A stretch of DNA of 64,000 nucleotides from an uncultured virus (IMG/VR IMGVR_UViG_3300031766_000002) (IMGVR_UViG_3300031766_000002); one strand, 5' to 3'; shown: positions 39,238 to 49,159, numbered from the stretch's first letter. Numbers and translations: made by a program. The notes: generated by a model not told the origin, from the letters alone.

Positions 39238-39340
39238 TTTTTATGTTTCTATGTTGATTTTTTATTTCAAAAAAAGCCAATCTATTCCTTAATTCAAGAT
39301 AAAGTTGTAGGCTTTTAGCTAGAGTTTTAATTAAAGACAT
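39074..39340 (-). CDS. Coiled-coil protein, putative i-spanin (Rz-like); probable start MSLIKT
   Basis: Helical charged protein overlapping the lipoprotein gene; GTGTAT 14 nt upstream. Confidence 0.45.
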   Translation of the reverse strand: MSLIKTLAKSLQLYLELRNRLAFFEIKNQHRNIKNELIKEIEELRAAGDSNSSDRADLLRKRLKSENDDFEHISTVFIKAQGGSTDSN

Positions 39341-39350
39341 TATTCTTATT

Positions 39351-40151
39351 CTATATACACTCCAAAACTTGTTTCCACTCCATCTCTCCAATCACAGATG
39401 TAAGCTTTGTAATATCTGCTTGAGTAAATTTTTGATATTGGCCTTTTAATTTTTCTGGCATCGCGATCTGTTTAACTTTTGCCCCAGAGTTTTCTGCCAT
39501 TTTATCAGCAATAGCCTTAAAAGATATGGAATTGCCAGTACCAACATTGAAGATACCAGAATTATCATGATGAAGCATCCTATAATGCACCTCACAAACA
39601 TCTTCCACATGGATAAAGTCTCTACTTGCTTTTCCCCTAAATACTTTGATCTCTCCATCTTCTTGAACTTGCTTGATAAATTTAGTGATGGGGCTAGCTT
39701 GATCCCCTTTGTGTTCTTCATGAGGCCCATAAACATTAAAATACCTGAACCCTTGATATGGATGTTGCTCATTCAAAAGCCAATTGTCAAACATATATTT
39801 ACTATACGCATAAGGACTTAGAGGAACGCAGAATTGGTCTTCTCTAAAAGAATCTGAAACGCCATAAACTGAAGCACTACTCGCGTATTGGAATTTAATA
39901 TCCATATTCGCGCACAATTGATAAAGTGTGCCAGAGAATATAAAATTCTCATTTAATATCTTTTTTAAATCAGTTTCTGTGGTGCTTGAATTAGCTCCAA
40001 GGTGGATGACCGCATCAATGCCATTCAAGGGAGGCAGATTACTCCCGAACTTAATATCGTAAGGAACTACCTCTATTCCTCTTTTCTCAAGATAAGGACA
40101 GAGGTTTTTGCCAATAAAACCTTCGCTACCAGTAACTAATACCCTTTTCAC
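39351..40151 (-). CDS. hldD: ADP-L-glycero-D-manno-heptose 6-epimerase-like SDR
   Basis: TGSEGFIG, HLGANSSTTE.D, YASSASVYG, PYAYSKYMFD, FRYFNVYGP.E.HKG..AS, YQ.FTQAD. Confidence 0.85.
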   Translation of the reverse strand: MKRVLVTGSEGFIGKNLCPYLEKRGIEVVPYDIKFGSNLPPLNGIDAVIHLGANSSTTETDLKKILNENFIFSGTLYQLCANMDIKFQYASSASVYGVSDSFREDQFCVPLSPYAYSKYMFDNWLLNEQHPYQGFRYFNVYGPHEEHKGDQASPITKFIKQVQEDGEIKVFRGKASRDFIHVEDVCEVHYRMLHHDNSGIFNVGTGNSISFKAIADKMAENSGAKVKQIAMPEKLKGQYQKFTQADITKLTSVIGEMEWKQVLECI

Positions 40152-40163
40152 AAAGGTATTATA

Positions 40164-41135
40164 TTAAAGTTCGCCTTCGTCTTCTACAATTTCTTTTACT
40201 GATTCTAAGAATGGATGTCCATTCAACAAATCTTGATGCTCTGCGAAAGACTCATCGTCCCAGCACCACTGAGAAAATTCTTCGTTATCGTCCCAAGCGA
40301 CAACTTCTTCAGAAGCCATTGAACTAACAGGCTTTTTAGACCAAAATTTACAACTCCAGTAGCGGGGAGTAGTTTTGTCTTTAGCTGAATCACACTTATG
40401 ACGAGCGCGAAAATTTCTGCGACGATCTGGGTCATCACGCTTGATCTCCATGTTAGGATCACCAAATTTAACCATGATGACATTACCAGTTTGGGGGTTT
40501 TTGACATAAACTCCGAACTTCTTTTTGCCACCTTTTAGGCGAAAGGGCTTGTTTAAAGTTTTTTTCTCTGCCTCCGTATATTCAAGATCCTCAATATCTT
40601 GATTAGATTCTTCTACCGCCTCAACTCTTTGAAGATCAAAGCGAGCATAAGCAAAATCAAGCTCGTCGAAATCAGTAAAAGCGTTTGTCGGGTCTTCTAT
40701 ATAATAATCCTCAGAACCCCTAGCGATATCTTGATCTGCTGCACGGTAAGACTTTTTAACTTTTCCTCCACGCACCATTTTTAAAAACATGTTCACCCTA
40801 GCCATCGCCCACTGACCTCTGGTCTTTCCAACGCGATGACTAGAGCTAAATGCCCCCGCACCTCTGCGGTATACTTTTTTAAGTTGTGTAAGCGAAACTT
40901 TTTTGGAATGTTTCTCGTTATGCTCCTTAACTTTGTTTTTTAGAGCAGTAACAACTTTTTCTGAGAAGGTTATTTTCTTTCCATCCTTACCCGCACTACC
41001 TTTTTTGTTCTTACTAGAACCTTTTTTTTGTTCACTAGGCTTCGCTGGAGTTTGCGCTCCACTTTTAGGCCCAGATCTCTTGGCAGCTTGAGACTCAAGA
41101 AATTCTTTAGCTTCTTTAGAAAAATCGTATTCCAT
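40164..41135 (-). CDS. Basic multi-module phage protein (possibly virion-internal)
   Basis: LKKVYRRG.GAF..SHR....QWAMARVN.F module and LNKPFR...VYVKNP..GNV..VKFGDP...RR.NFRARHKCD...YWSC..W module. Confidence 0.6.
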   Translation of the reverse strand: MEYDFSKEAKEFLESQAAKRSGPKSGAQTPAKPSEQKKGSSKNKKGSAGKDGKKITFSEKVVTALKNKVKEHNEKHSKKVSLTQLKKVYRRGAGAFSSSHRVGKTRGQWAMARVNMFLKMVRGGKVKKSYRAADQDIARGSEDYYIEDPTNAFTDFDELDFAYARFDLQRVEAVEESNQDIEDLEYTEAEKKTLNKPFRLKGGKKKFGVYVKNPQTGNVIMVKFGDPNMEIKRDDPDRRRNFRARHKCDSAKDKTTPRYWSCKFWSKKPVSSMASEEVVAWDDNEEFSQWCWDDESFAEHQDLLNGHPFLESVKEIVEDEGEL

Positions 41136-41144
41136 CAAGTGATG

Positions 41145-41333
41145 TTACACTTCTTTTTCAAAAACTTCACTATAACTTTGAAGTTTTTCTTCTTCACTCA
41201 TATTTTCAAGTTTACGATCAACCTCTTCTTTAACCAAAGTGGAGATTATATCTATTAACTCTGCGAAAGTTAAGTTGCTTGTAATATGATTCACAAGGGC
41301 TTCGTGAAGCTCTTGCTCTTGTTCTGGAGCCAT
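41145..41333 (-). CDS. Hypothetical protein
   Basis: ORF track. Confidence 0.55.
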   Translation of the reverse strand: MAPEQEQELHEALVNHITSNLTFAELIDIISTLVKEEVDRKLENMSEEEKLQSYSEVFEKEV

Positions 41334-41536
41334 TACTTCTGCAAAGCTTTGCTCTTGTAAATCCGAAGATCTGGCTGAGTATCCTTCTCTTTAAATTTGT
41401 TCTTAAAGATTACGATTTCAACTTTTTCGTCTCCGATTGTGAGGTTGCCAGAATAAAAGGGCTTTTCACCACCTTTACGCCATAAGGCTCCGATTTCACG
41501 CTCTGACCATTCGCTGGATGTATTATTTTCGTTCAT
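41333..41536 (-). CDS. DUF736-like small protein
   Basis: EIGALW.K....YSG.L......F.N......PD.RI. Confidence 0.6.
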   Translation of the reverse strand: MNENNTSSEWSEREIGALWRKGGEKPFYSGNLTIGDEKVEIVIFKNKFKEKDTQPDLRIYKSKALQK

Positions 41537-41681
41537 AAATTAATATAAGATTTAATTAAGTGCTTTTTATTGTGAGGAAGTTTAGTATAGCGTTTTTTAA
41601 GACGCTTGTAAACTCTTTTCATGATTGGGTCTGCTTGAAATGAAATCAAGTTTCTCAAATACCTTGAGGTAGAACCACTCA

Positions 41682-41891
41682 TTACTTACCAAATGATACT
41701 TTGTCAAGACTTGTCTTCGCGAAACGACGAAGAAGACCATTATTTCGGTCAAATACTTGAATATAACTATCAGTCTCACCACGAAATTGAGCATTCAAAG
41801 TCTCACCCTGAGAAGTGTGAAGACCAAAGAAACGACCACGAGTTCCGCGAATAACATTAAGTGCAGTTTTCTGCTTCCGATTTAATTTCAT
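41682..41891 (-). CDS. Hypothetical protein
   Basis: ORF track, with its own TTGATA-N16-TACAAT promoter. Confidence 0.6.
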   Translation of the reverse strand: MKLNRKQKTALNVIRGTRGRFFGLHTSQGETLNAQFRGETDSYIQVFDRNNGLLRRFAKTSLDKVSFGK

Positions 41892-41924
41892 AATCGCATT
41901 ATTGTAAGGGTAAACAGATTTTTA

Positions 41925-44219
41925 TCAACTAAGAAAACTCATTTCGGCTAAATTTATCTTTGAGTTGTTTTTCGTCAACTCTTGGCATATAAATTTATTA
42001 ATCTGGTTGTCAAAACGATCTTGAAAGTCCACCAAATTTTTTGAAGAACGAGCGAATTTTTTTAGAAAACTCAGTGTAAAAACGACCTCTATATCACTCA
42101 GCCTCAAATCCTCATTAATCTTCTGTATCTTGTGGTATAGGATTCTAAAAATATCTTTTTTGCGAACCTCATTCAACACTAAGTTGCAATCAAATAGGGA
42201 TAATAATTCTTTAAAAATAGATGAGGTTGGAGAGTCCTCTTTAGAATTGAACCCCATTGATGCTATATTCTCTACCCCGCTTGTCACAAATATTTTGGCG
42301 TTAGAGAAGTCTGCTAGGTCACCATTTGACATCTGGAGCTTGCCATCTTTTAATATTTGAGCAAAAATACTCTTTACGGAAGGGTGTAGTTTATGGAAAT
42401 CATCAATAATAATAACACTATTAGGATGGATGTTGACCTTCTCACATAGAGAAGTATTGTTCATAACCTCTGGCAAGATCTTAAACTTAGCAAACTCGTC
42501 AGAAAAATGAACACCGCTATAGTTTAGCACATTTACCCCGCTTTTCTCAAGAGAGTCCTTCAAAGTTGAGCAGAAAAAACTTTTCCCGCTAGACTCAACC
42601 CCAGTAATGCAATAAATACTAGGAGCTGCACCCTTTTTATGCATCCCGTAATTAGATAGAGAGATAGATTCAATAAGAGAATCAATAATCTTGTCATTAC
42701 CTATAAACTTTTTCTTCAAGCTCACGGAGAGGTCAGATAAATTTTTTGTCTTCCTAAGAGGGTTTTCTTTCTTTGAGAAGAAGTCTTTAAGATGCTTCAT
42801 TGTGACATCTGGAGTTTCGGAATCCTTGTCGTCAGACCAGCCTGATAATTTTTCTGTTACAAACGACAATACCGATTCGGTCGAGGTTAAATCTATATCG
42901 CTATCTTTTATTTCTTGTTGTAATTCTTTGAACGAGCTATCATTACCCCAGTGAGAAACTTTAGCTTGCGCTCCACAATGATCAACCACATCAATTGCCT
43001 TATCTGGATAGAATTTGTTGGGCAGATACTTCTCACAAAAATCAATAACATGATCAACAAAATTTTCAGTGTACTTCACCGTATGAAAGTCTTCGTAGTA
43101 AGAAGTTATAGTAGGTAGAATCTCCTTCATCTGAAACTTAGAAGGCTCCTTAATAATAACCCTTTCGAAGCGACGATCTAAAGCAGAATCTTTTTTGATC
43201 GTGTTTGTATACTCATTAATTGTAGTAGCTCCTATACAACTAATCGTACCACGAGCAAGCTCTGGCTTAAGTATATTTGAAGCTTCTAGAGAATTTTCTG
43301 TAGTTCCTCCTGCTCCGACAAGAGTATGGACTTCATCAATAAACAAAATAATGTTTTCATACCTCTTAACTTCATCTACAAACTTTTCTAACCTTTCTTC
43401 GAACTGACCACGATACTGTGTTCCTGCAACCATACTAGATAAGCTAAGAGAATAGATAACTTTATTAGCAATAAGTTCTGGAGCTTCTCCGTTTACAATT
43501 TGAGATGCCAAGCCCTCAATCAAAGATGTCTTGCCTGTCCCTGCTGGCCCCACTAAAATCGCATTGGGCTTTTTCTTTCTACATAGGATCGTGGCTATCT
43601 CTGAGATTTTGTCATCAAAGTCTACTATTTTATCAAACTCTTGGCGGGAAGCTTTTAAATTTAAATTTTCTGCGAACTGATCAAGAGTTGGGTTTTCATC
43701 AAACATCCCAATCCATTTCCCAACCATGTCAAAAGAAATGTCATCAGGTAAGGAATGTTCTAATTCTGGTTTAACTTCTTCTTCGTCTCTTATAAAACGA
43801 GTTATAGATTCAACCATTTTATCCCTGTCATCTTTGTCAAGAATCCCAGCAAAAGCCTTTGGAGTAAACCCTTCGCTTAAGAAACAAAGAAGTATCGCTT
43901 CTGTGCTGACATAATCTAATTCAAATAACTCCCGCTGTATAAACTTACATTCATTAATAAGCTTATTCAATTTAGTAGAATATTTCCTACAAACAACTTT
44001 GTTGGGCTTCTTTTTATCAATAATTTTTTTAGAAGCCAGAAGCAAAGCATCCCTACAAAAGAATTGTTCAAAAAATTTTTCGCAAGATAAACTTAAGTCA
44101 TTAATGAATGCGTGAAAAAAAACATCTATATCAACCTTATTCCTTCCAAGGAATTCATTCAAATCTTGAGCATCATTAAGGATACAGGTTAATTGAGGAG
44201 TAAATGGTAAGTCGTTCAT
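41925..44219 (-). CDS. ClpA/ClpC-family AAA+ unfoldase
   Basis: Clp-N-like N-terminus; D1 GPAGTGKT, AGTQYRGQFEERL, LFIDEVH, GATT..EY, ALDRRF, PDKAID; degenerate D2; MGF loop. Confidence 0.88.
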   Translation of the reverse strand: MNDLPFTPQLTCILNDAQDLNEFLGRNKVDIDVFFHAFINDLSLSCEKFFEQFFCRDALLLASKKIIDKKKPNKVVCRKYSTKLNKLINECKFIQRELFELDYVSTEAILLCFLSEGFTPKAFAGILDKDDRDKMVESITRFIRDEEEVKPELEHSLPDDISFDMVGKWIGMFDENPTLDQFAENLNLKASRQEFDKIVDFDDKISEIATILCRKKKPNAILVGPAGTGKTSLIEGLASQIVNGEAPELIANKVIYSLSLSSMVAGTQYRGQFEERLEKFVDEVKRYENIILFIDEVHTLVGAGGTTENSLEASNILKPELARGTISCIGATTINEYTNTIKKDSALDRRFERVIIKEPSKFQMKEILPTITSYYEDFHTVKYTENFVDHVIDFCEKYLPNKFYPDKAIDVVDHCGAQAKVSHWGNDSSFKELQQEIKDSDIDLTSTESVLSFVTEKLSGWSDDKDSETPDVTMKHLKDFFSKKENPLRKTKNLSDLSVSLKKKFIGNDKIIDSLIESISLSNYGMHKKGAAPSIYCITGVESSGKSFFCSTLKDSLEKSGVNVLNYSGVHFSDEFAKFKILPEVMNNTSLCEKVNIHPNSVIIIDDFHKLHPSVKSIFAQILKDGKLQMSNGDLADFSNAKIFVTSGVENIASMGFNSKEDSPTSSIFKELLSLFDCNLVLNEVRKKDIFRILYHKIQKINEDLRLSDIEVVFTLSFLKKFARSSKNLVDFQDRFDNQINKFICQELTKNNSKINLAEMSFLS

Positions 44220-46780
44220 TTTTTATTAAGATCCCTAAGTTTCATCATGATCTTAGTATCTATAACTCTGGCTGAGTTCACAAAACTACTACCACGACCT
44301 TTGCTGGCATTCAAGATTAAAATGCAGTCTTTCGATATTTTGTATTCTGAGAGAAAGTCAGAAAGAGTGTCTCCCCTAGAGTTGTCCATCATCAGGAAAT
44401 TAGCGGAGCCTGTATTATCAGACCCCCTAATCATCATATACTTATTACCACTTTGAGAAACTTTCGTAAAAAAATCTTTTACTTGGCAAGCCACTTTAAA
44501 GGTTGTTCTTTCTGATATTTCCTCTATGTCTCTCAAACAACTCATGGAGCCAAATTCATCTTCGAAGCAGTCTTTCAAATCAAAAGAATAACTATAGCCT
44601 AGCAAGGTATTCTCGTACCACCAATTACAAAACTTCTGGAATGGCTTGTTTTTATCAAACATCTCCTTGTAGTTCTTGAAGTTCTTTTTGAAAGTGTTAA
44701 ATCTAGACTCTTTCATTATTGGGCGACCATCATCAGCAACAGCGTTGACCTTAATCACTTCCGATATCGCTTTTAAAATATCATCGCCAAACCTCTCTTT
44801 AAATAGATTAAAATTTCTCTTCTCTCTGTCTGTCAATATATTGAAAGCTTGAGCCTCTAAAACTAACCTGCCTCTTTTGTATGTAGACTCATCCATAGCT
44901 CCAGCTTGGATCAAAGCTGCTAGCACTGAAATGTTAATGCCACAATTTTTAGCAGCAGCAAATACATCATACTTACTTTGGAACCCGTCTGACCCCTTGA
45001 AAGACAAAAGACCCTCTTTGGATTTAGAAGAAATGCCTTTAATTCCATTAAGGCCATATCTAATATCATTACCCTCAATTGAAAAATCCATTTTCGATTT
45101 AAATAAATTAGGAGGTAATAATTTAATACCGAAGTAATCTAACTCTTCATGCACAGAAGTAACAACTTCAAGAGGTTCTGGGTCAAACTCAGAAGACTCA
45201 AGAACAGATAGAAAAAACTCTCTAGGGTATTTGTATTTTAGGTATACGGTCTTAGCTGCTAGTTCAGCATAAGCGAAACTATGTGACTTGTTAAATGAGT
45301 AATCAGCGGAAGCTTGTAACGCAGTCCAATAGAAATCACTGATCTGATCATCTAACCCTAAAGATTTTGCAGCATCATAAATTCTATCCTTCCACTTCGG
45401 CATCTCCTCTACTTTTTTCTTACCAACAATCCGACGAAGAGTTTCCGCTTCTTCTAAGCTTAGGCCAAAAACCTTATTGGCGATTTGCATCAACTGCTCT
45501 TGATACAAAATAACATTCTTAGACCAAGAAAGGATTTCGTCTAAATCTTCGTGGAGATTACTTGATAGAGGAGATTGTTTTTGACGAACATATTCATCAA
45601 CAAATTGCAAAGCACCCGGCCTAGCGAGAGCTACAACGTCAGAAAGTTCATTTAAATTGTCTGGCTTAACGTCTTGGCAAACCCTAAAGTTTGTATCCGC
45701 AGAGATCTGGAAGAGACCTTCTGGGTGATTATAGGTTTGGAGTTTTTCATATATAAATGGGTCATTAGGATCTATATCCTCTATGTTAATACCTATCTTG
45801 TCACAAGTCCTGTGAGCAATTGTTAACGTTCTAAGACCAAGGATGTCAAACTTAACCATAAGGTCAGCAACATCGTGCATGTTGTAGCCTGTAACCAAGT
45901 CTCCGTCTTTAGTCTTTTGAAGAGGTACGACATCTCCGATTGATTGAGAACAAATGGCGATGCCAGATGGATGAACTCCTGTATTTTTAATAAGATTCTC
46001 AATCCGCTTTGCATTAACAAAAGTTCTATTGTGCTTTTTCGCCCAAGCATCAAACTTTTCATTTTCCTGCCTTGCGTTTTCTAGAGATGAAACTTTACCA
46101 TGCAGTTTTGGAATCATGTCGCTAACTACATTAGCCTGATCTTCCTTTGCTTCATCAAAATATTTTGTAGCCTCTCTAATACAGAGCTTAGAACTGAAAG
46201 TATTAAAGGTTAAAATCTTCGCTGTCCTTCCCTCATGTTTTTGCTCAATGTATTGGATGACCCTTTGTCTTTGCTCATAACTAATATCCGAATCAACATC
46301 AGGAAGGAGACTACCAACAAGGAACTCTTTATTGCGCTTATCGTAAACTTTTTTAGCACGACTCTTCGAAACAAAACGCTCAAAGAACAAGTTGTGAGGG
46401 ATGGGGTCAATATTAGTCACCCCAAGCAAATACAAAACTAAAGACCCAGCAGCAGAACCGCGACCTGCTCCAGTAGGAATTTCATTCTCATGGCAAAAGT
46501 TTAGAACATCCCAATTCAATAAAATATAATCTGTAAAACCAAGCTCTTCAAAAGTTTCTAGTTCTTGTTTTGCACGATCAAAATATTGTTTTTTGTTATC
46601 ATACTTAGTGATACCCTTATCCCGCAAACCTTTACGGGTAAGCTCATACATAATTTCTTTAGTAGAGCTTTCTTTATCTAGACCAATACTACTCAATACA
46701 GATTCGCTGACAGAAGTCTTCGGTAATTCAACACCGATAGGCTCGCAATCATCATAAACAGAAAAACTTTCAAACATCAT
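44216..46780 (-). CDS. dnaE: DNA polymerase III alpha-type catalytic core (lacks the PHP domain)
   Basis: GAGRGSAAGSLVLYLLGVT.IDP, FERF, PDVDSD, HPSG, VKFDILGL, YQEQ, FNKSH, C-terminal OB fold. Confidence 0.93.
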   Translation of the reverse strand: MMFESFSVYDDCEPIGVELPKTSVSESVLSSIGLDKESSTKEIMYELTRKGLRDKGITKYDNKKQYFDRAKQELETFEELGFTDYILLNWDVLNFCHENEIPTGAGRGSAAGSLVLYLLGVTNIDPIPHNLFFERFVSKSRAKKVYDKRNKEFLVGSLLPDVDSDISYEQRQRVIQYIEQKHEGRTAKILTFNTFSSKLCIREATKYFDEAKEDQANVVSDMIPKLHGKVSSLENARQENEKFDAWAKKHNRTFVNAKRIENLIKNTGVHPSGIAICSQSIGDVVPLQKTKDGDLVTGYNMHDVADLMVKFDILGLRTLTIAHRTCDKIGINIEDIDPNDPFIYEKLQTYNHPEGLFQISADTNFRVCQDVKPDNLNELSDVVALARPGALQFVDEYVRQKQSPLSSNLHEDLDEILSWSKNVILYQEQLMQIANKVFGLSLEEAETLRRIVGKKKVEEMPKWKDRIYDAAKSLGLDDQISDFYWTALQASADYSFNKSHSFAYAELAAKTVYLKYKYPREFFLSVLESSEFDPEPLEVVTSVHEELDYFGIKLLPPNLFKSKMDFSIEGNDIRYGLNGIKGISSKSKEGLLSFKGSDGFQSKYDVFAAAKNCGINISVLAALIQAGAMDESTYKRGRLVLEAQAFNILTDREKRNFNLFKERFGDDILKAISEVIKVNAVADDGRPIMKESRFNTFKKNFKNYKEMFDKNKPFQKFCNWWYENTLLGYSYSFDLKDCFEDEFGSMSCLRDIEEISERTTFKVACQVKDFFTKVSQSGNKYMMIRGSDNTGSANFLMMDNSRGDTLSDFLSEYKISKDCILILNASKGRGSSFVNSARVIDTKIMMKLRDLNKK

Positions 46781-47391
46781 AAATTCATTTCTTTCCTAAG
46801 TGCAGAAAAAACCTTAAAGCACATCTTGTTATCATAAAGCGCATCATGCAGTCTATCTTCTTCGAACTCTATCCCAAAAAATTTTAGTAACTGATTTTGA
46901 GAGACTCTAGCCTTTAGAGATCGGTCATGAATTATTTTATACTGCCAACTAAGTAAGTCTTTATTTGGCTTTTTTAAATCCTCTCTATACGCCTTGCCGA
47001 AAGCTCTAGTATCATAGATCCGATTAAGATAAGAATAATCAGGAGTTTCCCCCAATAACCTTTGCATGCCAGCCACCATATAGACATCAAAGCCCAATAA
47101 ATTTTGTCCAACAACTTTATATTCTGGATTAAACAAATCAACTTTAAAATCAGCCCAAACCTTCTTCAAAGGCTCCTTTCTCTCGTTATACTTATCCCAA
47201 CTAAAACCAGTCAAATGCTCTACCTTTTTATTAATTTGTAGATCCTTGTGACTAATATATCTATCGTTCTCCTTGATAACTCTATTGCCTTCGCAAATCA
47301 ACCATGAAACCTGCCAAGTGCGAGAAGAATGTAGGTTAAGACCCTCAGTCTCCGTGTCGAAGACTAAATATTTTTGATTATGTGGTAGCAT
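46777..47391 (-). CDS. DEDDh 3'-5' exonuclease (Pol III epsilon-like)
   Basis: VFDTETEG, GQNLLGFD, YDT, LHDALYD. Confidence 0.88.
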   Translation of the reverse strand: MLPHNQKYLVFDTETEGLNLHSSRTWQVSWLICEGNRVIKENDRYISHKDLQINKKVEHLTGFSWDKYNERKEPLKKVWADFKVDLFNPEYKVVGQNLLGFDVYMVAGMQRLLGETPDYSYLNRIYDTRAFGKAYREDLKKPNKDLLSWQYKIIHDRSLKARVSQNQLLKFFGIEFEEDRLHDALYDNKMCFKVFSALRKEMNL

Positions 47392-48079
47392 CTTTATAAG
47401 ACTCCCAACAGAACTCGTCTGAACAGAAGTGATTTAAGTTTGGGTTTTGGAAAGTTGGAGATTTACCCCCAGATCTATTACAAGCTGCTTTGTACATTTG
47501 TAAAGCAGCAAAATCATCTTTGTCACGATGAAGAATAGTTTTAACAGCTTGAGTCTTCACCCCAAGACTATCAATAATAGACTTAATTTGGAAGTCAAAA
47601 GGATGATTATTGTCTTCAATAAAGTAAACTGGATCTAAGTGCTTAATATCTATGTGAGATAAACCAAAATGAAACAAATTATTAAAAATATAAGAGTCGT
47701 AAAATGGGACACAAACTTTTATATTCTTGAAATCACTTTCGTCATAGTTAGACAAAATCAAAGAATTTCTATCATCTAAAGATGCATTAGAAAACATCCT
47801 TTTTAAATCCCGTATCCCTTCGTTATTTTTGGCGAAAAGAGCTAGCTTACTAGGTTTTTCACTGTAATCCCCCTCTGTGTTAACAACAGATATCCTTAAT
47901 CCGAAAACAAATGGAATTCCTTCGTCTTGGAAGAGCTTATTAAATACTCTAAACCCATAGAAAGTATCCTCTAACAGAATAACCCTTTCTAATTCGTTGG
48001 TTTGAGCTATGTCTAATATCTTCTCTGAAGTAAGAATAGACTTTCCTATACTGAATTGACTCTTGAAAAGAGGAACCAT
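47378..48079 (-). CDS. Stand-alone DnaE N-terminal PHP domain (metal ligands degenerate)
   Basis: VPLFKSQFSIGKSIL (cf. HLH.HS.YS.LDG), LEDTFYGF, FGLRI, LALFAKNNEG..DL. Confidence 0.75.
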   Translation of the reverse strand: MVPLFKSQFSIGKSILTSEKILDIAQTNELERVILLEDTFYGFRVFNKLFQDEGIPFVFGLRISVVNTEGDYSEKPSKLALFAKNNEGIRDLKRMFSNASLDDRNSLILSNYDESDFKNIKVCVPFYDSYIFNNLFHFGLSHIDIKHLDPVYFIEDNNHPFDFQIKSIIDSLGVKTQAVKTILHRDKDDFAALQMYKAACNRSGGKSPTFQNPNLNHFCSDEFCWESYKDATT

Positions 48080-48088
48080 GACTAGATC

Positions 48089-49159
48089 CTAAATAAGATC
48101 TGTAGACTTGTCAAAGGAAAAAGCAGGGCATCCTGAATATTTCTTGCTTTCAATATGAGTCCCCACTCCTTCGTCAAGAATGGATTGTAAATCTTCTTTA
48201 ACATAAGAGGACTTGATGAACTTATCGTTTTCACCAAGTAGGTGATAATAATCGAATGGGAACTTAAAAGGACAATGCCACATTAAGTCTCCATTCTTTT
48301 TTAATTGACCAACATAAGTTGCCCTACCGCAAACAATCTTCCCTGCAAACCCATCTTCTTTTGCTGGGTATCCTTTATCCCAAGCAAGTCCACCTACTGC
48401 TGTTTTTTCGTTAAAGTTATTTATAACTTTTTGTACATCAGTTAAGAAATATTCGAAACCCTCTAAATCTAAATCGTCCAGTGGCTCCATTTCTAAACAA
48501 CCTTCGCCTTCAAGGTCAAATTTTAAGAATAAAAATTCCATCTTACGTTTCAGGTAATCTGGATACAAGTATTTCACAGCAAGACAATACATGTAGTCTT
48601 GCATGTTGTCAGAATACTCTTTCCCCTCAAAAATGCTTTTAGAAGTTTTGAAGTCTCTAATGATAGCAGTCTTTTTTCTCTTGAATAAAAAAAGTTTGTC
48701 GATAAAACCTAAAATTCTATAGTTTTTATCCCCATCTTCTACAGATATATCGAAATCTTTCTCAGAGATAGATTCAGTTGGTTTGCCATCAGTATCACCA
48801 AAGAAATCAAAATTTAAACCCTCAACAGTCATTTTATTGATGAGGTCCATATTCTCAAAATCATCAATCTCATACTTTTTTGCATAAGCTTCTACCATTC
48901 GTTTAATGGGAGGGCTAACGTTTATGTCTTGAGCTTTAATTATTGACCTATAATGCTTTCGATGACGAGGATTGCCTAAGTTCTCAAACACTGCATGACA
49001 AATAGTTCCACGAAGAGAGCCGTGATTAGACTTGTCTGGTAAACGTAAGTGATATTTAGCCCAGTATTGCCAAGTGCAAGTTTGCATCGTTTTGATGCGA
49101 GATGCCGATAAAGGTTTGTTTTCAGATTTCGCCATAATGGAAGTCAAATTTCTTTTCAA
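48089..49159 (-). CDS. PD-(D/E)xK nuclease, RecB/AddB/Cas4-like
   Basis: LSASRIKT..TC, RGT.CH..FE, GFIDKL, IRDFKTS, Q.Y.Y; one N-terminal and three C-terminal Cys. Confidence 0.85.
   Translation of the reverse strand: MKRNLTSIMAKSENKPLSASRIKTMQTCTWQYWAKYHLRLPDKSNHGSLRGTICHAVFENLGNPRHRKHYRSIIKAQDINVSPPIKRMVEAYAKKYEIDDFENMDLINKMTVEGLNFDFFGDTDGKPTESISEKDFDISVEDGDKNYRILGFIDKLFLFKRKKTAIIRDFKTSKSIFEGKEYSDNMQDYMYCLAVKYLYPDYLKRKMEFLFLKFDLEGEGCLEMEPLDDLDLEGFEYFLTDVQKVINNFNEKTAVGGLAWDKGYPAKEDGFAGKIVCGRATYVGQLKKNGDLMWHCPFKFPFDYYHLLGENDKFIKSSYVKEDLQSILDEGVGTHIESKKYSGCPAFSFDKSTDLI

Noticed and set aside
48089..49159. Cas4 as part of a CRISPR-Cas system
   Set aside because: No cas1/cas2 or array is present. 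The gene sits in the replication operon like ordinary phage RecB-family nucleases.
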